Shown here: in pieces, positions 43,861-53,049 of the stretch
Layout of the letters: each line of letters starts with the position of its first letter
Position numbering within the stretch: the first letter of the stretch is position 1
DNA from: an uncultured Verrucomicrobiae bacterium
Lineage (GTDB): Bacteria > Verrucomicrobiota > Verrucomicrobiia > Limisphaerales > Palsa-1400
Direction of reading: 5' to 3'
DNA: 64,000 nt
NCBI GenBank assembly: GCA_963702845.1
Contig: OY969763.1
Location: 2,144,001 to 2,208,000, forward strand
Position numbers and translations under genes: made by a program
Notes under the pieces: model-generated
The model's database searches: none
Seen by the model: only the letters and a program-made list of their open reading frames with translations
What the model was told of the DNA's origin: nothing

Positions 43861-45305
43861 GCTATTGGAGGCGGTCGGCGGCAGGTCTGGGACTGATGGG
43901 ATGGTTGCTAGCGGCTATCACCGGAAGCGGGCTTTCCCGAGCCGAGGTCGGAGGAAGCGAAGCGAAAAATCCCGTTCTAAAACCAACGTTGCACGGGGTG
44001 GTTCTGACCACCAATAGCGTTCCGATTACCAACGCCACCGTGACGATTAAGAGAATGCTGGCCGGACGCGGAGCCGTGTATGTTTCCGATGCGCCAGAAT
44101 GCAACCGGCAGGCAATGACGAAGGCCGATGGGAGTTTTGCCTTTGAGGGTTTGGCAGAGAACGCGAAGGTTGTGGCCGTGGTCACCGCGCCCGGCTACGA
44201 ACTGGAAACGGTATACACCGCGCGTGACAACCTGCCAGCAGGGTTTTGGTCGCATCCGGCTGCTGCCCAGGCTTTGGAAATTAAGATGCTCCCGGCACCA
44301 GCCGGAGACAATCCACAGCAAACGGTTCACGGACGCGTCGTGAACGCTGATGGCAAACCGGTGGCGGGAGCGACGATCCTGGTTCATATGCTCCATACGG
44401 AGCGTGATTGGCACTCAGGAGGCGGGACGGCGTTCACCGACCAGCAGGGTAAATTTGCTTTTCGACCCAGAGAAAATATTATCGCCTGTGATTTTACCAT
44501 CGAGGCGGATGGTTGCGTGTCACGGAGTTTTTCTGAAGTCCATCCGGGTCTCGGCACGAACATATACCAATTAAGCCAAGGTACCCGCCTCACTGGCCGC
44601 TTACTGAAAGACGGCCAGCCCGTGCCGGATGCCGGGATCGGAATTTACGATGTTAAAGGAGTAGGTTTGCTCAATAATTTTTCAACAGTCACGGATGGGA
44701 ACGGGAGGTTTACTTTTTCAGGCCTTCAGGCACACGAGGAATTCTATTTATTTGGCATCATGCGGTCACTGCGGGAACTTGGCGCGTTGCCCCGGCAGCA
44801 CATCAAAACCGGGGACGACGGCACGCGCATCGAACTGGGAGATTTGAACCTCGTAAAAGGCTATACAATCTCCGGCAGGGTGCAGATGCCGGATGGCAAC
44901 TCAACCCGTGTTGCGGCGTTCACGCTGGCCCGAACGGAACTCACTCCGCCGACCGATCATGCGCCGACCAAGCAGGAAGAGAGCAACCGATCCTTTTACG
45001 GACTGGAGCATTCATTTGACAACTGGCGGGCCGACCCCGGAGCAGACGGAAAGTTTGAATTCACCGGCGTGCCTGGCGAAACCGTTTCCATTTTTTTGAT
45101 GTTGAAACCGTTCGACATGGTATCGCCACGAAATATTAGCAGCGACGGGAAAGGATTCCGGTTGTTGGGAATGGTGGTGAGCAACAAGATCGATTTGGTC
45201 ATCGAGCTTGAGCCGCACAGTGGACAAGTTTTTCCTCCAGCCCGGGACTATTTGGTGTTAAGCCGACAGCCGTTGGAGGGAGCGGAGGCGGCTGTTGCAA
45301 AATGA
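43824..45305 (+). CDS. Secreted protein with tandem carboxypeptidase-regulatory-like beta-sandwich domains
   Basis: Repeats of the type GRVVNADGKPVAGATI...TDQQGKF, GRLLKDGQPVPDA...TDGNGRFTFSGL; start either in the repeat (43824) or at 43896. Confidence 0.75.
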   Translation: MNQPFVYQNDRDSYWRRSAAGLGLMGWLLAAITGSGLSRAEVGGSEAKNPVLKPTLHGVVLTTNSVPITNATVTIKRMLAGRGAVYVSDAPECNRQAMTKADGSFAFEGLAENAKVVAVVTAPGYELETVYTARDNLPAGFWSHPAAAQALEIKMLPAPAGDNPQQTVHGRVVNADGKPVAGATILVHMLHTERDWHSGGGTAFTDQQGKFAFRPRENIIACDFTIEADGCVSRSFSEVHPGLGTNIYQLSQGTRLTGRLLKDGQPVPDAGIGIYDVKGVGLLNNFSTVTDGNGRFTFSGLQAHEEFYLFGIMRSLRELGALPRQHIKTGDDGTRIELGDLNLVKGYTISGRVQMPDGNSTRVAAFTLARTELTPPTDHAPTKQEESNRSFYGLEHSFDNWRADPGADGKFEFTGVPGETVSIFLMLKPFDMVSPRNISSDGKGFRLLGMVVSNKIDLVIELEPHSGQVFPPARDYLVLSRQPLEGAEAAVAK

Positions 45306-45446
45306 GGATTCAAGCGCGACCACAGTCGCGCATTCGCCTGATCCTGCACGAATGAAATCTGGAGTAGAAGAGTAAGTGGCGTAGATCGCGCTGTGGGGTT
45401 GCAATTTTGAAATCAGATTGATGAAGAGCGCCTCGTTGGTCTGCCG

Positions 45447-45517
45447 CTACGCGCTCCATTTCCAATCGCGGATCTCCGGCACGTCGTAGCCGTGCTCGCG
45501 GATGTAATGTTTGTGTT
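45447..45517 (-). pseudogene. Displaced 3' fragment of phosphoketolase (copy 2)
   Basis: Matches xfp 54661-54731 with 4 mismatches; joins module copy 3 at a shared GTT. Confidence 0.9.
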
Positions 45518-45621
45518 GCGCTTGATTCGCAGCGGCAGCAGAACAATAGTCTGCTCAACCAATATGAACCAACCGTTCGTATATCAAAATGACCGCGACA
45601 CCTCGTCGCATAATCATAGTT
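45515..45621 (+). repeat. 107-bp attI-like module, copy 3
   Basis: One substitution against the consensus; followed by cassette starting GTTAGGCC. Confidence 0.9.
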
Positions 45622-45643
45622 AGGCCACTCCACACGCTTTGCT

Positions 45644-46021
45644 ATGCTCGACCTCGCCATTGCATCCAAAGAGAGACACGACCGCTTCGTTCAGCGCGTT
45701 GTCGCTTCACGGGAGGTTTGGGGCCTGAAGAACGCAGACGGATGGGCTTGCACAGCCTCGTCGTCGGACGGCACAGAGGACAGGAGCGTTGTGCCTTTCT
45801 GGTCGGACCGCGCCTACGCCAAGCAGTGCGCGAAGGATGATTGGTCAGATTACGAGCCGACACCGATTCCTTTGGAGTTGTTTGTAGGTCAGTGGTTGCC
45901 CGGCATGGCTGCAGATAGTTGTCTTGTCGGCACGAATTGGAACGTGCAGCTTTGTGGTCATGAGATTGAGCCGTCGGAGTTGCGGCAGGAGATTGAGAGG
46001 CACGATGGACACGCGGCCTAA
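45644..46021 (+). CDS. Gene cassette ORF, DUF2750-like protein
   Basis: VWGL...GWA...VPFWS..AYA..C...W..YEP..I.L..F...WLPGM..D...VG.NW; stop lies inside GGCCTAAC. Confidence 0.75.
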   Translation: MLDLAIASKERHDRFVQRVVASREVWGLKNADGWACTASSSDGTEDRSVVPFWSDRAYAKQCAKDDWSDYEPTPIPLELFVGQWLPGMAADSCLVGTNWNVQLCGHEIEPSELRQEIERHDGHAA

Positions 46022-46108
46022 CTATGCGCTGCAGCGAACCCGGCCATCGCGCTCTGGTTGCAATCCACGTGCCTCGTGGGCCGGGTCGCTGAGCTTGGGT
46101 CGTTCGGC
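46016..46108 (+). other. attC site (complete, 93 bp)
   Basis: GCCTAAC...GCTGCAGCGAACCCGGCC...GGCCGGGTCGCTGAGC...GTTCGGC: imperfect palindrome with extrahelical bases. Confidence 0.9.
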
Positions 46109-46112
46109 CAAC

Positions 46113-47276
46113 ATGCGTATGCACACCAAATCCATCGTCCGCACTCTTCTCCTCACCGGAGTTCTTATCGTTCAGCCGCAGTTGTTCGCGCAGGAGAAAT
46201 CCCGCCACATTCTTCCAGACGATCCAGCCAAGGCTTGGGCCGAGGTCGAAAAAGTTCACCAAGCATTGAGACCACCGGATGATTGGCGGTCGCACGAACC
46301 GGCGGCGGAACGGGTAGCTGAGTTTCAAAAGCAGGTTCGTCAAACAGCGGTGTCTTTCGCCGACAAAGCTCAGGAGTTTATTGAGCGTTTTCCTACCAAC
46401 GAGAACGTCGGTGACGCTCGCATTACGGTTGTTCACGCGTTGAGCCATGCCGTAGCGGCGGGGGATGCAGAAGCGGAGAGGCGGATTGCGACGTTTGTCT
46501 CCACAGTTCTGGCCGACAGAAGCATCCCGGAAGATGGCCGCGCTGGAGTTTTGCTTTATTCAGGGAACGCAGCGTTTATGAAGAAAGTCGGGATGCGGTT
46601 GTTCACTGAAGGGTTGGGCAAGCTGAACGACGAATTTGAGAACGAGAGCATCGAGAGCATGCGCGCCGCGCTGAAGCAGTTTCCGTCCAATTCCATGATT
46701 TTCACCATGCTCGTCGCCGTCGCCCAGCGTTCGACAGGCGAGCGACAGAAGGAGTTGGCCACGGAGATTATCGGCGCGCCCGGCGCACCGACGGGCGCGA
46801 AGACCTTAGCGAATCATCTCCTGAAAGGGACGAAGCCGTATCAGGTGGGACAGCCCCTGGATATTCGTTTCACCGCGCTGGATGGGCGCGAGGTGGATCT
46901 GGCGAAGCTGAAGGGCAAGGTCGTGCTGGTGGAGTTTTGGTCCACGACCTGCGGACCGTGCATCGCTGAGATGCCAAACGTGAAAGCGGCTTACCAGAAA
47001 TTGCACGACCAGGGATTGGAGGTCGTGGCGATTTCGCTCGATGAGAAGGAAAGTGCCTTGCGGCGCTTCATCAAAGAGAAGGTGCTACCGTGGCCGCAGC
47101 ATTTCGACGGCAAGGGTTGGGAGAACCAATTTGCCGTGCGATACGGAATTTTTAGCATCCCGACGATGTGGCTGGTGGACAAGCGTGGCAATTTGCGGCA
47201 GACCAACGTTCGCGGCGCCCTTGAGCAGCGCATCACATCACTGCTTGATGAGCGGACATCTCCCACGCCAAAATGA
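46113..47276 (+). CDS. Gene cassette ORF, secreted TlpA-like thioredoxin-fold protein
   Basis: Signal peptide; KGKVVLVEFWSTTCGPC; cassette bounded by GTTCGGCC (46102) and GGCCGAAC (47301). Confidence 0.85.
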   Translation: MRMHTKSIVRTLLLTGVLIVQPQLFAQEKSRHILPDDPAKAWAEVEKVHQALRPPDDWRSHEPAAERVAEFQKQVRQTAVSFADKAQEFIERFPTNENVGDARITVVHALSHAVAAGDAEAERRIATFVSTVLADRSIPEDGRAGVLLYSGNAAFMKKVGMRLFTEGLGKLNDEFENESIESMRAALKQFPSNSMIFTMLVAVAQRSTGERQKELATEIIGAPGAPTGAKTLANHLLKGTKPYQVGQPLDIRFTALDGREVDLAKLKGKVVLVEFWSTTCGPCIAEMPNVKAAYQKLHDQGLEVVAISLDEKESALRRFIKEKVLPWPQHFDGKGWENQFAVRYGIFSIPTMWLVDKRGNLRQTNVRGALEQRITSLLDERTSPTPK

Positions 47277-47300
47277 ACATGGACGACTTCAGGAATAACT

Positions 47301-47323
47301 GGCCGAACAAACCGGATGCACTG
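47301..47323 (+). other. Truncated attC (inverse core end only)
   Basis: GGCCGAAC-AAACCGGATGCA; exact complement of the cassette start; no matching right arm. Confidence 0.6.
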
Positions 47324-47364
47324 CTTTAGCGCTTTCTTTATTATTTCAGTCTTTGCGGCGTAGG

Positions 47365-47398
47365 CTGTTTGGCGTAGGCGGCACGCGCGACCAGTTGC
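47365..47398 (-). pseudogene. Third small phosphoketolase remnant
   Basis: 32/34 identity to xfp 54754-54787. Confidence 0.75.
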
Positions 47399-47445
47399 CG
47401 CGCGGCAAGACCGCGACCAGTCAATGGCAAGTTGAGCTGACGTGT

Positions 47446-50400
47446 TTACTGTGACGCGCGGTAATACCCTTGCGGCGAATTTAAAATGTTGTCGTCGACA
47501 ATTTGCCAGGAACCGTTTGTGTTCAGGAATGTCGTGAGCGTCGTCCAATTCAGCAAATCTGTGCTGCGTTGGATTGAGTTCGTTGAGCCGGGATTTCCAC
47601 TTCCATTGATTTGGACGCGTCCATCGACGAATTGGACAATTTTCTCGAAGAAAACCGGCGCGACGGTGGGGATGATTTTCATGGCTAGAATTCCGTTGTT
47701 GGAATCCAACGCATAAACACGATCGTTGCCAAAATCGACGGCGCCGACACCGAAGGCGTTGGTATTTGCGGTGGCAAAATTTGTTTGTGCGATGAGAACG
47801 GGCGCGCCGTTGGTTAGAGTCAAATCGTAGAGTTGAAGATTTTCGGGCCTGTTCAGGCTAATGCCGGCGAGTAGATTCATTTCCGCGCCGACGCCGATCG
47901 GTGAAATCGCCAACGGGAAACCGGCATAGTTCGCCAGAGTTGTGCCGGTGCTGCCAGAATAGGAAACATTCAATAAAGACAGCCCGTTGGCCTTGCCCCA
48001 AAATGTGTTGTCCGCGCCGAAGGTGAGCCCCAATCCAAAGTTGCCTGAGGAAGAATTCGCAACGTTAATCGCGCGTGAACTGAAGGTCACACCGTCGGAT
48101 GTGGTCAGTAACGCTACGCTGAGACCGCTGCGTGATCCGATCAGGACCTGGGTGTTCGTGCCGGAACCGCGCACAACAAAAGTATCGCCCCAGCGTTCGT
48201 TATCGCCGGGAGCCGGATCGCCGGAAAACATCAGGACCGGCGGCGCGCTCGCATCGTCACTTCCCCAACGATAAAGACGAAACGGCGTGGTAGCTCCGAC
48301 GGTGGTTAGATTTCCGGCATAGATAGCACCGTCGTCCCCTGCACCGATCATGAGTAGATTATAGGTTCCGCCCGTAACCACCGATCCATCGACATTCATC
48401 GTCCAGAGGTCAGCGCCCGAATCGCCATCGAGCACGTTGATTTGCGTTGAGGGGTTGCGGCTGACCACGATGACATGATTTCGCGAAGCGTTGTATGCCA
48501 TGCCGCGATCAGTTTGTCCGGTGCTTGCCAGATACGGCCTCGATCCGCCACCAAGGCTCCAAAGCTTGGTCCAACCTGCGGCATGAAATGTCGGGTTAAC
48601 GACAATCGTCGCAGTAGCGCTGATGACGCCACCGACGTCGTTGCTGATGGTTACGAAATAGTTCCCTGCTTGGGCGGTTGAGATGTTCGGCAAGACTAAA
48701 CTGGACGCTGTTGCTCCAGGCAACGGACTGCCGTTGAAATTCCATTGGAAGAGCAGCGTAGGACTTCCAATGGCACCGACGGAGAGCGTGACCGTTTTAC
48801 CTTTGATTACATTCTGGCTCGACGGCTGCGCTGTGATGAATGGTTTTATCACGGTGACCGTCAAGGTGGCGTCGGAACTTGTTGCCGAGCCGTAAGCATT
48901 TGTCACAACGACGGAGTAACTGCCGGCGTCGTTTGTCGTTAGATTATTGCGGGAATAGCTGGAGCCAGTTGCACCGGAAATATCGGCGCTATTGAATCGC
49001 CATTGATAACTCAAGGGCGGACCGCCCGTCGCAATGACACTGAAGGTCGCAGTCGCGGCAAAATTCTGGGTCTGGCTTTGCGGCTGTTGCGTGATGCTTG
49101 GGACGGGAATGATCACTGTGAGAACAGCGTTCGAACTTGTCGCTGTGCCAACGGTGTTGCTGGCGATGAGCGTATAAGCACCCGCATCACCGGGTTGTAT
49201 ATTCGCATTGCTATAACTCGTATCTGTTGCGGCGGCGATGTTCGTCCCGTTGAGCTGCCATTGATACGTGGGTGTTGGGGTTCCAGACGCCGCTGCAGAG
49301 AAGGTCGCGCCGTTACCTGCAGTAACAGTCTGGCTTTGCGGCTGGGCCGTAAATGACGGCGCAGTCGGAATAGAAGAGAGAGTGGTTGCGCTGGCTTGCG
49401 TCGAGATGGCGGAGGTTCCCAGGTAGTTTGTGGCACGCACCGTATAATAATAGGTCGTGTTGGCAGCGAGGCTGATATCGCTGAAGGCGGTAGCGTTGAC
49501 TGGCAGGGTCGCGATATCGGTGAAAGGTCCGCCCGATATAAAACTGCGCGCAACAACGTATCCTGCTTCGTTGGTTGCGTTGTTGGCCCACGTAAGGTCG
49601 ATCTGCGAACTGCTCACTGGAAGCGCAATCAAGCTGGCCGGTTTCGCCGGCACGGACGTCGGATAAACGAACATCAATTTAATTCCGTCGGCCATCGGCA
49701 CGTTTCCGTCCAACGTCGCGTCCGTCATGCGAATCGTCGTTGTCCCACTGCCAAATGGAAATCTCCCGACATAACTCCAAATGCCGGCGTTGGTCGTTTG
49801 GTCCGCATAAACGGTCTGCGCACCAGTCGCGCAATTCACAATAACCGGAACGCTCGCTGACGCATCCGCCCGGAATGGATGCCATTGAAAAACGTTGTAA
49901 TCACCGGCAACGAGGACCTTTGGCGAAAACTCCGCGTATGCCGTTCCAGAGCCTGTTGCCTTTTTGCGATAGCTGATGCCAAACGCGTTCGTGTCCGTCC
50001 CTGTTTCACCCAAAAATGTCACGGTGGCGCCTGTGTTGCAGAAGACAGTTGTAATCGGCGTCCACGAACCGACGAAGTTCGCGCTCGCTTCATCGATGCA
50101 AATATTGTTCACGACATTGGAAAAAATCCCCACGGTGGACTCCTTAACTTTTGTCCACTGCGTTGGATTGTAGAGTTCGACACGAAACCAATTCGCTGAA
50201 TTGAACGGCGCGGGGCCCGGGCGATTCACGTCGGCCATCATGTAATCAACGAACTCCGTGATGTCATTCGGCGGAGTTAACGTGGTGCCGCTGGTGCCGT
50301 TGTAGATCTCGCGCATGTACCACACCGGCTTGATCGAATTCGTCCAATAGATCGTCTGCCCATTGATGACGCTGGAAGTGCCGACGAGGCCGGCGTAAAA

Positions 50401-51171
50401 CGCGTTGTAATTCGTGTCCGTCCAATTAATCGCCGCGCTGGCGCTGCCCTTCGTTGCCGCGTGATGGTAAACCTGCGGGATGACGACGTCCGACCAGTAG
50501 CCAAATTCCCTGTATGGAAAAGACGAATGCAGACCCAGCGTGTCGAACGGATTATGCGCGATAAACTTCGTCGGGAACGCGGCGCGCAATTGCGAGCACA
50601 TATACCAGGCTTGGACGGGACCGTTCGTGATTCCTGGATGCCCGGCTTCCCATTCCGCTTCCGCATCCCAGATAAATCCATCGCCGCCGACACTGAAGAC
50701 ATATCTCGCGACGTTGTTTTCTCCATCGAGGTCAGAACCGTACGAGCGATTAGACCCAAAAATCAGCAGGCCAGCGTTGTGCGCCTTTTGCACCAGGCTC
50801 GGGCTGAACTGCGCGGCAGCGGTGTTGTTGGTCGAAACGTTGCCCGAACCGGTCCAAAGCATGTTGCTCGTGCCGGCTTTGACGATGACGTGCGACATCC
50901 CTTGCGATTTGATGTAGGCGAACATGCTGTCGACGTTGGTCACGCCCGGGACATTTCCGCCGAGTTGATTGGTGGCGCTCGAAAGGATATACAGCCACGC
51001 GCCGGTTCCGACATTGGCCGGATCAAACTGACCGTACCAACAATCGCGCAACACGGCCGACGCTGGCCCGCACGACAAATGCAGGATGAGCAGGCAAAGA
51101 AGTTTTAAGGAGAGGCGGCGCAAAGCGGTTGGGACGCTTTTGAGCCGGCAGCGGCATTTTAACGATGACAT
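47446..51171 (-). CDS. Large secreted multidomain protein (GH-like barrel, golvesin-like module, FN3, three Ig domains, propeller-like domain, C-terminal tail)
   Basis: VIVKAG / IWDAEAEWE / PQVY barrel-like motifs; SSSQIDLTW...YYYTVRATN FN3; three P..TxQP.SQ...YQW..NG Ig repeats. Confidence 0.8.
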   Translation of the reverse strand: MSSLKCRCRLKSVPTALRRLSLKLLCLLILHLSCGPASAVLRDCWYGQFDPANVGTGAWLYILSSATNQLGGNVPGVTNVDSMFAYIKSQGMSHVIVKAGTSNMLWTGSGNVSTNNTAAAQFSPSLVQKAHNAGLLIFGSNRSYGSDLDGENNVARYVFSVGGDGFIWDAEAEWEAGHPGITNGPVQAWYMCSQLRAAFPTKFIAHNPFDTLGLHSSFPYREFGYWSDVVIPQVYHHAATKGSASAAINWTDTNYNAFYAGLVGTSSVINGQTIYWTNSIKPVWYMREIYNGTSGTTLTPPNDITEFVDYMMADVNRPGPAPFNSANWFRVELYNPTQWTKVKESTVGIFSNVVNNICIDEASANFVGSWTPITTVFCNTGATVTFLGETGTDTNAFGISYRKKATGSGTAYAEFSPKVLVAGDYNVFQWHPFRADASASVPVIVNCATGAQTVYADQTTNAGIWSYVGRFPFGSGTTTIRMTDATLDGNVPMADGIKLMFVYPTSVPAKPASLIALPVSSSQIDLTWANNATNEAGYVVARSFISGGPFTDIATLPVNATAFSDISLAANTTYYYTVRATNYLGTSAISTQASATTLSSIPTAPSFTAQPQSQTVTAGNGATFSAAASGTPTPTYQWQLNGTNIAAATDTSYSNANIQPGDAGAYTLIASNTVGTATSSNAVLTVIIPVPSITQQPQSQTQNFAATATFSVIATGGPPLSYQWRFNSADISGATGSSYSRNNLTTNDAGSYSVVVTNAYGSATSSDATLTVTVIKPFITAQPSSQNVIKGKTVTLSVGAIGSPTLLFQWNFNGSPLPGATASSLVLPNISTAQAGNYFVTISNDVGGVISATATIVVNPTFHAAGWTKLWSLGGGSRPYLASTGQTDRGMAYNASRNHVIVVSRNPSTQINVLDGDSGADLWTMNVDGSVVTGGTYNLLMIGAGDDGAIYAGNLTTVGATTPFRLYRWGSDDASAPPVLMFSGDPAPGDNERWGDTFVVRGSGTNTQVLIGSRSGLSVALLTTSDGVTFSSRAINVANSSSGNFGLGLTFGADNTFWGKANGLSLLNVSYSGSTGTTLANYAGFPLAISPIGVGAEMNLLAGISLNRPENLQLYDLTLTNGAPVLIAQTNFATANTNAFGVGAVDFGNDRVYALDSNNGILAMKIIPTVAPVFFEKIVQFVDGRVQINGSGNPGSTNSIQRSTDLLNWTTLTTFLNTNGSWQIVDDNILNSPQGYYRASQ

Positions 51172-51211
51172 GGGTTTGCTGCCTATCGTAAATGGCCCGC
51201 TGAGTGAGTCA
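51085..51211 (+). repeat. 127-bp direct repeat copy B
   Basis: Partner of 38874-39000; spans the start of the 1241-aa gene. Confidence 0.9.
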
Positions 51212-51241
51212 ACTTAAAGCCTTGTTCACGTGGTAAGAATA

Positions 51242-51273
51242 TGCGAACTGTTGGCGCAGATTAATTGTTAGGC
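51242..51273 (+). other. Diverged fifth attI-like site
   Basis: TGCGAACTGTTGGCGCAGATTAATTGTTAGG aligns ungapped to the module end CGCGACACCCCGTCGCATAATCATTGTTAGA; ORF starts 24 bp after GTT. Confidence 0.5.
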
Positions 51274-51290
51274 GTGACCAGTTCCACCAC

Positions 51291-51620
51291 ATGAATCAAG
51301 TGCATGACCTAAAGGACTTGCTGAGAAACGTTGTTGCGGAGGGGGATTTCGGGCTGACGCTGCGCACAGGGGAGTCAACTGTGGTGCATACGAAAGCGGG
51401 ACCGAAGCGACTCGAAGGAACGAATCCGACGCACGAAGAGATTACGGACTTCCTCCGGCGAGTCTCGGGTTCCAGAGGCATGCGCGAGTTTCGCAACAGC
51501 GGAGTCACCCGGTTCATAGTTCCGTTTGAGGGCGGAGTTCGTTTGGTGGGAGCCGCCCGATTGGAAAAGGACGACATCCACGTTGAGATACGCAGGATGA
51601 TTGGAAATGACAAACGGTAG
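51291..51620 (+). CDS. Small protein resembling a stand-alone PilT N-terminal domain
   Basis: DLKDLL..VV.EG...L.LRTG...V......RL......EE....L......MREF...G...F.......R pattern by eye; no ATPase domain. Confidence 0.5.
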   Translation: MNQVHDLKDLLRNVVAEGDFGLTLRTGESTVVHTKAGPKRLEGTNPTHEEITDFLRRVSGSRGMREFRNSGVTRFIVPFEGGVRLVGAARLEKDDIHVEIRRMIGNDKR

Positions 51621-51640
51621 AACCGGAACGCGAGTCTGAA

Positions 51641-52051
51641 ATGCTACGGTCCATTATTGTGTTTGTGAGATATGTCGCCGCAATTGTTGTGGCGTACATA
51701 GTTTCTTTTGCCGTGTTCTTCGGTGGAGCAGCATTGGTATACGTCATTTTTAAGAATTGTCCTGAGTGGATGATGAGGTTCGCTATGGGAGCTCAGTTTG
51801 CTCTGTTTGCGGCCGTTGGCTTTTGTGGGGTAATCTCAGGCACTCTGTGTCTGGAGAAAAAAGGTCGGCGCCTTGGTTCGGTTGTGTTGTCATTGTTAGG
51901 CTTGGCGTTCTATGCGTGGTTTACTCTTACGACGGAAGGGGATGAGCCGGGAGGAAATGTGTGGTTTCCTTACGTTTGGCTCTTGCCGTTAGCTATCGGC
52001 GGCTCGCTGGGATTTCTATTCTTTTTCCGGCAGCAATTGACACGCGATTGA
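51641..52051 (+). CDS. Hypothetical 4-TM membrane protein
   Basis: 136 aa, four hydrophobic segments. Confidence 0.65.
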   Translation: MLRSIIVFVRYVAAIVVAYIVSFAVFFGGAALVYVIFKNCPEWMMRFAMGAQFALFAAVGFCGVISGTLCLEKKGRRLGSVVLSLLGLAFYAWFTLTTEGDEPGGNVWFPYVWLLPLAIGGSLGFLFFFRQQLTRD

Positions 52052-52107
52052 TTAGCGCTGGCGGTTTCGTCGCGCCCTCACCGGTGGCGTCCATTTACTG
52101 CACGTTT

Positions 52108-52950
52108 TTAACTCGTCGTCACCGTCCACCCCCGCGCGAATAAGGTATTTTTGCTGGTGACACCGGCGGCGCTGGGGGCGGCGTTGGTGCCGTTGCAAAT
52201 GACGTTGCCGTTGTGCGCGCCGTTGGTGACGAGTTGGGCGAGGAGATTGTCGACTTTGGCGCTGTCCCAACCGCAATCGATGGCGGTGATGTCGAGGGTG
52301 GCGGCGGGAATAGTTGGAACAACCGTCCAGGCGGTGCCGTTGATGTAGAGCGCGCCGAGGCTGGCGGGCAAGGCGGGCAATGTGGTGAACGGGCACTGTC
52401 CGGCGTTGAGTTGTGTCAGCGCGGTCCCGGCCAAAGCGGGCAAGGCAGTGAGGCCGCTTTGCGACACGTTGAGCTGGACCAAGGTCGCGGGCAAGGCAGG
52501 CAAGCTGGTGAGGTTCGCGCAGGCGGTGATGTCGAGGTCTTGGAGCGCGGGCGGCAAGGCCGGGATGGAAGTGTAGAGGGCGGCGGCCATGGAAAGGGAG
52601 ATGAGCGCGGCGGGGAAAGTGCAGAGCAAAGGTTCGGGCGCGCCGGCGCTGTCGAGGAGGAGGGACTGAATGGTGCTCGGGAGCGTGAGGTTGGTGACGG
52701 CGCTGCCGGTGAAGCTGATGTCCACGCAAGCGCTGAAGGTGCCTTCGGAAAATTTTATGGTGGTGGCCTCATGACCGTCGGCGATGATTTCGCTGATGCC
52801 GTCGGGAAAAGAGCCGCCGCTGAAAATGATGGGGTGATTGCTTCCCGGCGACCAGCTGATGAAGTCAGCGAGGGTGCCGGTGGGCGTGCTGCTGGGAACG
52901 GCTTCCAAGCCGCGTTCGCGCAAATATTTTCTGATTTCTTCGATGGTCAT
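52108..52950 (-). CDS. Leucine-rich repeat protein (LPX type)
   Basis: ~20-aa repeats TSIPALPPALQDL, LTSLPALPATLVQL, FTTLPALPASLGAL; start placed at MTIEE because the ORF-track start lies in a REP. Confidence 0.75.
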   Translation of the reverse strand: MTIEEIRKYLRERGLEAVPSSTPTGTLADFISWSPGSNHPIIFSGGSFPDGISEIIADGHEATTIKFSEGTFSACVDISFTGSAVTNLTLPSTIQSLLLDSAGAPEPLLCTFPAALISLSMAAALYTSIPALPPALQDLDITACANLTSLPALPATLVQLNVSQSGLTALPALAGTALTQLNAGQCPFTTLPALPASLGALYINGTAWTVVPTIPAATLDITAIDCGWDSAKVDNLLAQLVTNGAHNGNVICNGTNAAPSAAGVTSKNTLFARGWTVTTS

Positions 52951-52968
52951 GGTGGTATTGGTGGAAAA

Positions 52969-53047
52969 GGTAGGGACGCGTTCCACCGCGTCCCCAATAT
53001 TATTTTTGTGAAGGAAAGAATGGGACGACGTGGAAGTCGTCCCTACC
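52969..53047. repeat. GTAG-family REP doublet (REPIN/BIME-like)
   Basis: GGTAGGGACGCGTTCCACCGCGTCCC ... GGGACGACGTGGAAGTCGTCCCTACC in inverted orientation. Confidence 0.75.
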
Positions 53048-53049
53048 GG

